From contig NC_042997.1 in NCBI RefSeq assembly GCF_006345805.1, positions 176,762,001-176,826,000 on the forward strand: a stretch of DNA of 64,000 nt, written 5' to 3'. The translations under genes and the position numbers were made by a program. Positions 1 through 11,280 of the stretch are shown piece by piece (within the stretch, counting starts at the first letter, position 1; each line of letters starts with the position of its first letter). The DNA is from Octopus sinensis. Its lineage: Eukaryota. Below the pieces are notes generated by a model. The model was not told the origin of the DNA. It ran no database searches and saw only the letters and a list, made by a program, of their open reading frames with translations.

Positions 1-239
1 TAAAATTTATCTTTGGGTTATGCTTGTTGCAAAGTTTCCCATATCTGTAGCTAGTGGGGAAGTGTTTAACTGTTAAATTTAGGGAGGTTTTGTTACTTTA
101 CGCAACACTTACCGTGTACCGGGGTTGGGAATTTTTCAGTAGAACATACTGCATTATAGACTATAATATTTTGATTGCGTTGATATATGCAATCTTATAG
201 GATTATATATTTTAGATACCATAGGTAAAAGTTCACCTG

Positions 240-870
240 AATAGAACTCGGCCTGTGCGGAGATGAAGGAATAATACAGATATACAAAGCTAAGGAAGGA
301 AATTATCCAAGTATTCAAATCCTTCAGTGTTAAAATCACTATAAAGACAAATTTAATATCATAATTTACTGGATGTTGCTCTAGATTTATGCACTATCTG
401 ATAGAAACCGTTTAGACAGTGAAATGAAATGTTTATATAAAACACAGTTTCATATCACTTAAAAATAGTATTTAAAATCCTAATCAACATAAGGATTTCG
501 AATCTGTCCTTTAATAAAAAGATCTTTGATATAGCAATTCTTTACTACAACGACACCATAAAAGTAAGTAGATTCAAAGATAAAATTAGTTACATACCTA
601 CAATCTCGATCTATCACGAAAAAGAAAAGATGTCACAATATCATTTGGTTTACATTACATACTCACTAAACGTTAAGACAAACGGAGCGAAACCTCCCCA
701 AGTTTAACAGATTTTGGAAACTGTTTAAGAAACATAACCTTTAGGTAAGTTTGAACTACATCGTTAACATGAAACAAATTATATTCCATAAGCCAAACGC
801 AACCACTGAGGCCGGTTATTCATGTAGAAACAATATATGTTTGCTGAACGGATCATGTGATACAGATGTC
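240..870 (+). pseudogene. Decayed Penelope-like element, RT C-half to start of GIY-YIG region
   Basis: Frameshifted peptides LGLCGDEG (cf. GLYRDDG), KLRKEIIQVFKSFSVKITIKTNL, LLDVALDL, ISNLSFNKKIFDIAILYYNDTIKVSRFKDKISYIP and CRNNICLLNGSC; collinear with the PLE at 45299-47213. Confidence 0.75.
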
Positions 871-2289
871 ATTGCACATAAGGTGAAATGAACAGACTCA
901 AACATCGAAGTCACCATGAGGTTGGAGAAGAGGAGCCTGCCACAGAAAGAGTATGTGAAACGTTGGAAGGATATGATGAGAAAGGTGGGTGTTAGTAACC
1001 CAGCTTAATCATCAAAGAAAGGAAAAATTAGTTGCTGGGCCTTATAGGCTGCCGGGTTCAAAATCCGGAACCTGCACTTCTCCCCCTTTTCATTTTAACA
1101 TATGTTATGTTTTCTAATGTTATTAAAAAAAAAAAAACGCACTAAAGTTCTCGTTATAAAGGCAAAAGTAAGCCAAGTTTTCGTTTATGTCATATTATGA
1201 CTAAATTTTTAAGTTTCATTCGAACTCTCATAACATTCTTTGTAATTGTTTGTCTTGTTATGTCCAAATCTATGTAAAATAGTATGATTATAATAAAGAT
1301 TTTATCGAAGCTACCATGAAGTGCTATGATAAAAAGGACCTTCAAATATGATAATACCTCTTTTTTCTGGAGTATATAAGGTTTTTGAGTTATATCTTAT
1401 ATTTAAAAGAAAACTATTCCAAAAGAAAAAAAATCTTCGAATAATAATATCGACATACGATCGTTGAAATATCGAGGCCATACATAAACAGCAGTGAAAG
1501 ATGTAACCTATGCACTGGAGAGGCTGGTTCTGAAAAACCTGCCGAAACCAGGCATTTATTAAACACCAAAATCGGAGATATTTGTATATGTAAACATGCT
1601 TGTAGTTTATATTAAGTAACTTGATACAGTTGCTCTGAATGAGAGATTGAATTCATATAGGTGTGGGCAGGGAGTACATGGATATAAAATTTTCAAGTGC
1701 TATCCTTTCATTTACTTTTTTCTTTCTTTCGTTCATTTTTCATGTTTTAAATTTTCTTCTTATCTTTTATTCAAACTGGTACTTTTTTCTTTCTTTCTTT
1801 CTTTTAGTCAAAAGAACGAATGGACCAAATAAACCATATATATTCTTGAAAAAAAAAACAACAACAAAAAGCAAAAACAAAAACAATAAACAAAACTAAT
1901 TGAAATTTGCTGCACATCAACAAGTCCATCATCAATGGAATTAACTCTTTAGTTTGCTCACAGGTTATCTTCATTCAAATTTAGACAATTTTTTTTAAAG
2001 CTAGGAAAAATAAAAAAACAAAAAGATACTCAAAACTGATGTAACGTCGATATCGTCTTTAACACGTCTCTCAGTTGAAGACTAAAAGTAGTAAGAGGTC
2101 AATCCCTGTCTGGCGATTAATGTATTCTAGAAACTAATAGTAGCTTGGCAAAGTTTCTATAATTGCTTAAAATACGTAAATTAACTGTATGTTCATTGAA
2201 TGCTCTTTCCTTTGACGTATGAAACATGCTAAATATCACACACTCACACACACACACACATTGTGTATATACATATATATTATATATAA

Positions 2290-2710
2290 TAATTTTTTGC
2301 GTAATGAGATAAAAAACCAAGGCTGTGTAGATATTAGAACATTTATAGACAGGTCTTACAGCTGTTTCCAGGATATTTATTAATTATATCCCTTCATCGG
2401 AGACGGTGTGAGAGGATGGTTACGTCATAGTTAGTTTAGATGTGATACAAAATAGAGAGTGAGGTGGAGGAAAGAAAATAGATGCAAGATATGTAGGGAT
2501 ACTGAAGTTGTCTATCCATTTTTTAGGCAGAATGGTATACATATAAGATTCCAATACCTTATGAGTAAAGTCCAACAAAGTTTAAAATGGGTCCTTCCAA
2601 ATATAGAGTTTATACACAATGTACGATTCCAATACCTTGTGAGTGAGATCCAGCAATTTTTAAACTTGGTCATTCCAAGTACAGAATTTATACACAGTGT
2701 TGTAGAGTCA
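2290..2710 (-). mobile_element. PLE 3' remnant (GIY-YIG C-end plus terminal repeat) abutting (TA)n
   Basis: Minus-strand HKVLESYI/HKVLESYM (about 75-bp tandem duplication) resembles the PLE endonuclease C-terminal ES motif; followed by a hammerhead-like motif and (TA)n. Confidence 0.55.
2353..2404 (-). ncRNA. Minimal type I hammerhead ribozyme-like motif (U4C variant)
   Basis: Minus strand: GTCT-CCGATGA-stem II (AGGGATAT/ATATCCT)-G-GAAA-CAGCTG(palindrome)-TA-AGAC; stem I is GTCT/AGAC. Confidence 0.65.
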
Positions 2711-2892
2711 AAGGTTTTTATATGTAGTGGCTTCATGCAGGCATGGCATGGATTCGATCCTCGATCGCCAAATTTTACTTAACAGTTCAATAGTACCTTT
2801 CTCACAGTAAAACAATTGTGACAGCAGTTACATTTACCTGATGGCTTCGCTAAGCCGATTTATGTCTTTGCCACTTCACCCTTCTAACCCTT

Positions 2893-3505
2893 TGTATGCG
2901 GTGGAGAGTTGGATACAGAAAACAAGTCGACCCCCAACGAAATCTATTGTCTTCGCAGTATGTCTATTTTTCTAAATAGTTTTGTATAGTTATAAGTAGA
3001 AGAACTCCGTAGTGAGAACCGACTCACCAAAAGCAGTTCGTGAAAAGTGACTAACGTGAGAGGCAACCCGACCGAAGAAGAGAGAAGACGTTCCTGCGTG
3101 GCGGTCAGCAGTTATGATGTTTCACTTCCCTCTCGTCTCTCTCACTTTCACTTAGCCACTTTCTATTCTCTACAACATTACCCTATGTCTGTCTGTGGTT
3201 TACTACTACACAATGACGAGAATACAAACACACCTATACAAGAAAAAATTAACTCTCTTAACCTCGCATGCTTTTCCACTTCTATGATACACGCTTGCCC
3301 GTCGAGGCATGGCATTATATAAAGTAACGGTAAATAAATTTTGAGTCAACACCAACTTTGATCACTCTTCTTTCGTCTTCATCAACATCATACCGCTACA
3401 AATGGTAACTTCCGAACCATTATATTTACTGCTACAATTGGTGACCGTCGACTACAACTAATAACTAATAACTAACATTTGCCGTTACAAATGGTGACCC
3501 CCGTC
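2893..3505 (+). mobile_element. LTR (~508 bp, 2893-3400) followed by three PBS-like sites; Ty3/Gypsy-like
   Basis: Ends TGTATGCGG...CCGCTACA; TATATAAA at ~3317 and AATAAA at ~3333; TGGTGACCCC at 3492-3501 is complementary to the tRNA-Trp 3' end. No gag/pol follows. Confidence 0.6.
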
Positions 3506-3576
3506 TAGAAAGAACTATTTCCTACTGATGCAACTGGAGCCGATGCATATCTTTACAACTACCATAAAAGACATGG

Positions 3577-3612
<36 letters not shown>

Positions 3613-3641
3613 TATGTATATATGTAAATATATATGTATGA

Positions 3642-3690
<49 letters not shown>

Positions 3691-3770
3691 AGTATATCAC
3701 CGTGAGTATATATATATATATATATAACACATAAGTATATCACCGTGAGTATATATATATATATATATCA
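3577..3770. repeat. (CA)n/(TA)n microsatellites with a short tandem unit ACACATAAGTATATCACCGTGAG(TA)n
   Basis: Direct reading. Confidence 0.9.
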
Positions 3771-3880
3771 CCATGACCGACCAGGCTATCAGATGTTGCT
3801 ACACATCGCTGGTCACAATGCGCTTGGCATTGTTTTAGCCTTCAAATGACGCCACCCCGCTGGCTAAGCGAGCAGGCCAA
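3768..3880 (-). mobile_element. 5'-truncated SINE (family C; 3' portion of the copies at 16890 and 56346)
   Basis: Near-identical to 16895-17000 and 56350-56458. Confidence 0.85.
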
Positions 3881-3908
3881 TATAAGTATATATATGTGTG
3901 TATATATG

Positions 3909-3946
<38 letters not shown>

Positions 3947-3947
<1 letters not shown>

Positions 3948-4370
3948 CTTTTACTCTTTACTTGTTACAATCATTGGACTGCACCCATATTGGAGCACCA
4001 CTTTGAACGGTTTGTAGTCGAATGAATCGACCCAAGTACTTATTAAAAAAAAAACTTGGTACTTATTGCTTCTGCTTCTTTCCGAAACGAAAGTCACGCG
4101 GGTGTAACCAAACCAACACCAGTTGTCAAGCGGTGATGGTGGTGGTGGTGGCAGCGGGGGTCAAGCACAAAAGACACATACATAGCTACACACATACATA
4201 CACACACATATAAACACACACATACACGACGGGATTCTTTCTGTTTCCGTATATCAAATCTATTCACAAGGCTTTATTCGGATCGGTACTATAGTAGACA
4301 ATAGTTGCCCATGGTGCCAAGCAGTAGGACTGAACCCAGAACCATGTGATTGGGAAGCAAACTTCTTCCT
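3947..4370 (-). mobile_element. tRNA-derived composite SINE (family B)
   Basis: Reverse complement matches 9923-10355 (AAGAAG..TGCTTCCCAA.CACATG head; GGTGCTCCA..ATG..GCAGTC; AAGAGTAAAAGA tail). Confidence 0.8.
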
Positions 4371-4619
4371 TCATTTTTCCCCTTATCTCTTTCTCACTCC
4401 AATCCAATTCTTATTCTCTCTATCAAATTTCCTCTTTAACGTCTGTCTTCTAGGAAAGTAAATAAGTAAAGAAAAAAAGTGAAACAAAAAAAAAAAACAT
4501 GGGAAAGACAGATTGAAAAGTCGAAGATAATTCAAAAAAGAGAGTATAAAGGGAAAACAGGAAAGACAAAGTGGAAGGCGATGAGCAAATGAAATATAAA
4601 AGATTAGAGAAGGGAAGAG

Positions 4620-4750
4620 AGAGATAGACATAGATATAAATAGACAGATATAGATAGATAGATAAATAGATAGATAGACATAGATATAAATAGACAGATA
4701 TAGATAGATAAGATAGATAGATAGATAGAGAAAGGCAGGAAGGAAGGAAG
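4620..4750. repeat. (GATA)n-like / purine-rich simple repeat
   Basis: Direct reading. Confidence 0.85.
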
Positions 4751-5109
4751 AAAGATCAATAAACGAGGAGCAAGAATGATGGCTTCTCTATCACATGATT
4801 GATAGAGTAATTGATAATGAACCGGATGTAAAAGTACGAATTTAATTTAACAAACGTCAAGGCTATAATCGTAGATTCGTTGTGATCTCATGAGCTTATT
4901 TCACATGAAAAAATATTTGCTTTGCTAGCGGGTTTGTGTAAGTAATGACATTAAATGTTCACTTGCATATAGTCTCGAATCTGAATTTTGCTTCAGGCGA
5001 ATTAAGTAAATAACAACACATACAGATAACGCTTCAGTTTAATTGCTAACGAAAAATCGTGTACGCAGTCACAGGCGAGCTGTGTGAAATATTAACTAAA
5101 TCTCACCTG

Positions 5110-5529
5110 GGATCTTTTCGGTTTGAACGACAGTTTTTTCTTGCGGTGTCATATGAAATTGTCACCCATAATTATGACCATAGTATCGATCTATTGCATT
5201 TCAATCTGTTTTAGGGTTAGGGTTAGTTAGGGGGAAGGGTATCTTTTTTTCTTCACAAATGTAAATAAATCCAATCTGTTTCTTAAACGAGGGACATATT
5301 CATACGGCACAGAATGTTTTCACCTCAATAGACGTCATTGATTGGTTGAAATTGCAGAAATTGAAGAAAAAAAAACCAACAACAAATATCTTACAAACTA
5401 TAGAATTTTCTCAATAAAGCCAAGAGAAAATGATGTTTTATAAACACATTCTACCAGTATACGAAGTTTAAAAGTGTTTAGTTACGTGGAAATTATTTTA
5501 AAAAACTGCCGTTCAAACCGAAAAGATCC
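5110..5529 (+). mobile_element. MITE, ~29-bp TIR GGATCTTTTCGGTTTGAACG(G/A)CAGTTTTT, 8-bp TSD CTCACCTG
   Basis: TIRs at both ends; TSD at 5102-5109 and 5530-5537; internal TTAGGG repeats. Confidence 0.95.
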
Positions 5530-6497
5530 CTCACCTGAAATCACCCATCTTTTTAAGGAAAGACAGAACACATTGAACATTGTAATCCTCAATATACAAA
5601 AAGGATAGAGATGGCCACTGTTAGTACATCTTTACTCGTGACTCTGTTCGATTCGGAATAAACAAGATATACACACCACCGTCACCTATAACTCCCCCTC
5701 ACCGTCAACGACAAAAAAAGAAAAAAGATCCCACTTCAGACAAAATCTATTACCAATGGTACAAATCCATATGGAATACTTTAAACAATAAATGTTTCAG
5801 ACTCAAAATAGACTTTATATATATGCGGCAAAATATCTAAAAATTCTGTACTACAATATTAACGGCAATAATTCAAGAAACATTCTTACAGCCGCGACAC
5901 AGAACTCACTGCAGTCTAAATTCTTCCAAAATCAAACGAAAAAAAGCCTTCCATAATAGACGTCTAATCAAACATATAAAACATTTTATGTACTGATATC
6001 ACGAATGACCTTCATATACTAATGTGAAACGACAGACACTAAAAATGCTGGTTTTCAAAATGACAACCATTAATATAATTAACATATAGATTCGCGAGCG
6101 TGACTGTATGGTCAAGAAGTTCGATTTGAAACTATGTGTTTTTAGGTGCAATCCCACGATACTACAAGCTGGGCACATATCTTCTACTATCGCAGTAGAG
6201 GTGCATGTAAGATTTTGTAGTTCAATAAATTCATTATACTTCTACAATACATAAAATTTTTAATACAATTCCTAATAACATTTAATTACAAAAATTGGAT
6301 TTTTTTAAACCAACGAATCGCTATTGGGGTCGATCCGAACAAAATATGAATCAAAAGGGTTCATAAATAAAAAAAAATATAGTTGAGAACCACTGTACTG
6401 TTGTCTTAGGTTTACCAATACCTTGTAAATAGAATTTGGTAGACGGAAACCGTTGATACATACATACATACATACATACATACATACATACATACAT

Positions 6498-7565
6498 TAT
6501 GGTAGAAGTCATAGCCACTCATAATAAAAAGGAGTACTGGTGGAAGTCCCGAAGGCGTAGTTAGAGCGTTTAGCTTACCATCGTGAGGTTGTGAGTTCGA
6601 ATCCCGGACCGGGCTATGTGTTGTGTTCTTGAGCAAGACACTTTATTTCACGTTACTCCAGTTCACTCAGCCGTAGAAATGAGTTGTGACGTCACTGGTG
6701 CCAAGCTGTATCGGCCTTTCCCTTGGATAACACTGGTGGCGTGGAGAGGAGAGGCTGGTATGCATGGGCGACTGCTGGACTTCCATAAACAACCTTGTCC
6801 GGACTTGTGCCTGGGAGGGTAGCTTTCTAGGTGCAATCTCATGGTCAGTCATGATCGAAGGGGGTCTCAGCAGGTGGAAGTCCCAGTGAAGACCTCAATA
6901 AAATGTAAGCACAACAGACCTGATATAATGATTTGGGATAAGGAAGAGAAACTGTACAATTGTAGAAATTAGCTGCCCAGCGGATGTTAGCATAAAGCTG
7001 AAGATCAGTGAAAAAGCGAACACTTACGCTGAACTATTGAGAAATCTGCAGTAACTCTATCCAGATTACAAGTTCAGGTTTATACGTAACACGCTGGGAT
7101 ATGTAACACGCTGCCAAAATACCAATCTTCAGGAATTAGGCTTCTCAAAACTAGAATAGAGAAAGCTAATTCGAAGACTACAAATCCACTTCATCACTGG
7201 CACTGTAAAAATCTGTAAAAAATTCCAGAAGCTTATCGTTTATGTCTGGACATGCAAATATATGTATGAGAATACATACATAAAATAAAATCTGCAAATC
7301 TGCACACATACATACATACATACATACATGCATACATACATACATACATACATACATACATACATACATACATACATACATACATACATACATACATGCA
7401 TGCATACATATACATACATACATACATACATACATACATACATACATACATACATTCCCTGTTGATGTTGAAATTCTAACGAAGGAGTCTTGGATCTAGG
7501 TTAGAAACCGGCTCTTTCTCTATTGGCAAGAAATTTTTAAATAAAACTAAATAATGACATACATA
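6498..7565 (+). mobile_element. 5'-truncated R4/Dong-type non-LTR retrotransposon (RLE domain plus 3' UTR) within (TACA)n
   Basis: Decayed THNKKEYWWxVPVKTSIKCKHNRPDIMIWD..EISCPADV (PD-(D/E)xK-type RLE); (TACA)n upstream; 3' UTR has internal (TACA)n; homologous to 61091-61935. Confidence 0.8.
6551..6872 (+). mobile_element. tRNA-derived SINE (family D) nested in the RLE element, 12-bp TSD GGTGGAAGTCCC
   Basis: B-box GAGTTCGAATCCC; TSD at 6539-6550 and 6873-6884; 5' half shared with 15048-15373. Confidence 0.9.
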
Positions 7566-7940
7566 CAAACCTATGTGTATGTGTTTGTGTATGTGCATGT
7601 GTGTGTGTGCCTGCGTATGTGTGTGTGTGCGTGCACGCGTGCCCATGTGTTTCTGTCATGGTATATAAACTGGTTTAATTTATGTTAAGATCCTTTTACT
7701 ATAGTATAACTTAGTGGTTTTACAAATAAATATTGATAAAATTAGTACTCGACTCAAATGTGTGCTTGACATTGGTGCCCCAGTGTGGCCGAAACTAGTA
7801 GAAGAATAAAAGAAAATATAAAGCACCTAACTAATGTTAGTACTGTTGATGATTAAAGTAGAAGTATAGGTCTAGGTCTTAACAGCAAAAATATGGCAAA
7901 AAACCCCAACAAAATCGAAAGATAAAACAAAAACAAAAGG

Positions 7941-7975
7941 CACCGGCATGGCTGTGTGGTAAGAAGCTTGCTTCC
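7941..7975 (+). mobile_element. 5' head of a family B SINE, split by the 7976-9922 insertion
   Basis: GGCATGGCTGTGTGGTAAGAAGCTTGCTTCC continues seamlessly at 9923. Confidence 0.9.
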
Positions 7976-9922
7976 GGTTGAAAACAGTGAGGACGTGAGC
8001 TTTGAGCTCCGTCCTAAAAAGAAAAAAGAACAAAAACAGAGAAGGTTGTCGAGGTAGGTGATTTTGTTTGTTGTGAGCTGGGCATAATTTATTGCGTGTG
8101 AATTATTTTCTCACCAAATTGTGTCTAGCTCTGGGACAATTTCGCCTGCTCTTGGCGGCTATTGTGTTATTGTGTTTGCTTTTTTGCTGGTGTAGCCCCC
8201 CCCACCAAAAAAAGAAAAGAAACGTTGGGGGCGTATCCGACCGAAGACTTGGATTTGGAATTTATTCCAGTTGCTGTTGCTGTTGCTGTCAGCTGTGGCC
8301 TGTGTTGTGTTTTTTTTAACATTTACCGGGAGAAAGTTCCTGCCGCGGAGTCCCAGTTGGCCAGGTTGCCCTTTTTATTGCTGTGTGGAACTGTTTTCCT
8401 CTATTCGTTTTTTCTATTTATCTTTCTTGTGTTTTTTGTTTTGTTTTTTTTTCTCTTCTGTGCTTTCTTTTCTTTTCTTTTTTTCTTCAACTGTTTTTCT
8501 TGGACTTTTTGGACTGTTTTTCTTTTGAACTTTGAGAACTTTTTTTTTTACACATGGCAAGAAAAAATGAAGCCACTGCTTGGAGTTGGAGGTTGTCCCG
8601 CCCAAGGAGTGGTTAAAAGACTTAAAGAATAGAACGGTGGTGCTGAGGACCTATTCTAGGTCGCTCGGCGCCATCGTTCAATATAATAAGGACACTATTG
8701 AGAAAGAGTTAGCAGACTACCTGCCAACTATAAAATTTATTTCACGGGTTGACCAAATTTGCAACGGTCTGGTTGCTGTTTGGTACCCCCGAGGAAGCTG
8801 GCAGATGTGCCAGCGAGCCCCTTGAGGGAGAAGAAATTTTGTTCCTCCCCACTTATTGTGGGAGAAGATAAGAAGAGCCTGGGTGTGCGGGCTACCCCGG
8901 ACACGGAGGCGGGATGGATCGAGAAGACCATCCGGCGAGGCCTGGGGGATAGCGGGCCCAGGCTATTGAGTGTGAAGATTTCTCCCGCGGTCAACTGGGA
9001 GGGGTCAAAGGCAACTTTGACCCTGTGGACCCCGGTGGTCGTGGGAGACATGATGTTCCCGGACTTCCTAAAAATGGCCGGGTACTGGTACCCGGTGATA
9101 CTCGAGGGCCCCCCCCAAGTGTCACCTGTGCCTGGAGCCTGGCCATATCAAAAGGAACTGTCCAGGGGGCAGTGGTGGGGCTCTGGAGTATGAGAAAGAG
9201 AAGGTGCCCGCCGCCCCCTCATTGGAGGGGGAGACGGTGGAAATCGTGGAGGAAGTTGCCTCCACGAAAAGAAAAAGAAAGGTGAGCAACAATGGTTGCT
9301 CACCAAAGAATGTTCAGGCGGCGGAGGAGGGTAGCGACCCCCTGCGTCTGTCGATGCAGCCCCCTGCTCCCGCAGCCTCAAAAAGAAAGAGGAAAAAGAG
9401 GAGCAGAGGACGGTCGGCGGATGTTCCTGGGCCACCGACGGAGCCGCAGGTGGGATGTGTGCCACCTGCGGATAGGGCTCCGTCAGTGGGAAGTGTGCCA
9501 CTGACGGAGCAGTGTGAGGTCCCTTCCTGTGAAGAGGAGGTGTTTGTCCTCCTTTATCACGAGGGAGGGACGGTGAGTAAATTTTTGGACAGCTTGGGTG
9601 ACCGAGAACGTGTGTACTCAGTCTGCTCAAGTAGTCCGATATGGCCTCCGCAGGTGGCTGCGGAGGTAGTAACTGAAAATATTTTGTCAAAGGTCACAGC
9701 GACGTTTGACAAGGAAGAATTTGCTTTCCTCTTTGAAGGCCCCGACTTGTCGATGCAGAGTTGTCTGCAGGCGGCAAGTCACTTTGCTTGGGAGACCTGA
9801 CAAAGAGAATTGTTGTAAGAAACTTCGTATTCGTATCATTTTGTTTTATTTCATCTCATCTTGTTCATGTCCAGCCCACAAGCTTCTCTTTGTAAGGCCT
9901 ATATGACCAATTTAATGAAATA
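7976..9922 (+). mobile_element. ORF1-only L1/Tx1-like retroelement (HAL1-like), 1947 bp, 15-bp TSD
   Basis: TSD AAGAAGCTTGCTTCC at 7961-7975 and 9923-9937; ~580-nt T-rich 5' UTR; one gag-like reading frame; AATAAA at 9919-9924 about 120 nt after the stop; no ORF2. Confidence 0.85.
8554..9800 (+). pseudogene. Frameshifted ORF1p/gag-like protein (~415 aa) with CCHC zinc knuckle
   Basis: Track ORFs 8580-8825, 8759-9193 and 9204-9800 join by frameshifts; CHLCLEPGHIKRNC (CX2CX4HX4C) at 9120-9161 is in frame with 9204-9800, just after a C8 run; basic KRKRK patches downstream. Confidence 0.8.
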
Positions 9923-10063
9923 AAGAAGCTTGCTTCCCAACCACATGATTCTGGGTTCAGTTCCACCACGTGGCACCTAGGGCAAATGTCTTCTACTATA
10001 ACCTCGGGCCGACCAAAGCCTTGTGAGTGGATTTGGTAGACGAAAACTGAAAGAAGCCCGTCG

Positions 10064-10132
<69 letters not shown>

Positions 10133-10150
10133 TATATATATATATGTATG

Positions 10151-10181
<31 letters not shown>

Positions 10182-10355
10182 GTTTGTGTTTCTGTGTTTG
10201 TCCCCGTAACTTAGCGTTTCGGCAAAAGAGATTGATAGAATAAGTACTAGGCTTACAAAGAATAAGTCCTGGGGTCGATTCGTTCGACTAAAGGCGGTGC
10301 TCCAGCATGCTCGCAGTCAAATGACTGAAGCAAGTAAAAGAGTAGAAGAGTAACT
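9923..10355 (+). mobile_element. Remainder of the family B SINE, with internal (CA)n/(TA)n
   Basis: GGTTCAGTTCC B-box-like motif; GATTTGGTAGACGAAAACTGAAAGAAGCCC; tail AAAAGAGTAGAAGAGTA. Confidence 0.9.
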
Positions 10356-10704
10356 GCAACAAAAACAATACAAAAACAAAGCAAAACAAAAACAAAACAA
10401 AAAAGAAAACAAGGACAGTTTTAAAGGAAATAACAATTAGCAACATAAGAATTGAAGAATCTTAAAACAAGCCGGCTGTTTTAAATATTTGAGAAGCATC
10501 ATTGCATCAGATGGGAAAAACTTCACAGATGAGATAAAGCCAAAGATGAGATAAGCCAAAGCTGCTTATAGTGAGATCAAATATATACTGTCAATTAAGC
10601 GACCGCCAATAATAGTGAGAAAAAAGAGTCCTTGACACACACACACACACACACAGTACACAAGCACACACACATTAAGAAAAAGGAGAAAGTCAGAATT
10701 TTGG

Positions 10705-10990
10705 ATAATTATATATATAGTGAGAATTTACAAAAAAACAAAACAAAACAAAAGACGAAGACAGGTATGTAGACAACAAACAGATGTATTAGTTTAACGC
10801 TCGGGAAGTGAGAAAGTTTTTTTACGTTTCGAGCCTACGCTCTTCGACAGAAAGGGACACAGAAATAAACACGGAGAGAAAATAGAAAAAGGCTTAGTGG
10901 CTAGCGATCTATCATGGCGAATACCGGACTGAGGGGTCACACAGGAGAGCTAGGAAGAAGGGGCGATAATAAAGTAGTGGTGATCCCAAA
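10705..10990 (-). mobile_element. PLE-type terminal repeat ending in (TA)n, with a degenerate hammerhead-like motif (10818-10854)
   Basis: Minus strand: CTTT-CTGTCGA-AGAGC-GTAG-GCTC-GAAACGTA. Confidence 0.55.
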
Positions 10991-10999
10991 ACTAAGATG

Positions 11000-11250
11000 C
11001 GCGTGCGTGTGTATGTGAGAGCGTGTATGTGCATGTGGAAGGGAGCTGGTGACATTGAAGTGTTCGTGTGTGCATGTGTAGGTGTGTGGATGATGGTGTA
11101 GATGCTGAGAAGTGGTCAGTGCTAGTGTGTGCGGGGTGGTGTGGTGTGTGGTGGTGTGTGATGTGGTGGTGTGTGGTGTGTTGGTGTGGTGTGTGTGTGT
11201 GTGTGTGGTGTGGTGTGGTGGTGTGGTGGTGTGGTGTGGTGGTGTTGTGG
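11000..11250. repeat. GT/GTG-rich low-complexity tract
   Basis: Direct reading; source of the His/Thr- and Val/Cys/Trp-rich pseudo-ORFs. Confidence 0.9.
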
Positions 11251-11280
11251 CGTGGGGGAGGCGAGGGTGGGGAAGCACAA

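Noticed and set aside
5212-5235. TTAGGG runs as a telomere or chromosome fusion scar
   Set aside because: Only 2-4 units, always at the same position inside the MITE.
7178-7455. MYVC/YIYI/HTHT-type ORFs (also 26627-27225, 48418-48742, 52396-53930, 60567-60905 and others)
   Set aside because: Translations of (TACA)n, (TA)n and (CA)n repeats.
9148-9690. 180-aa minus-strand ORF, and 8737-9051
   Set aside because: Antisense shadows of the GC-rich ORF1; no motifs.
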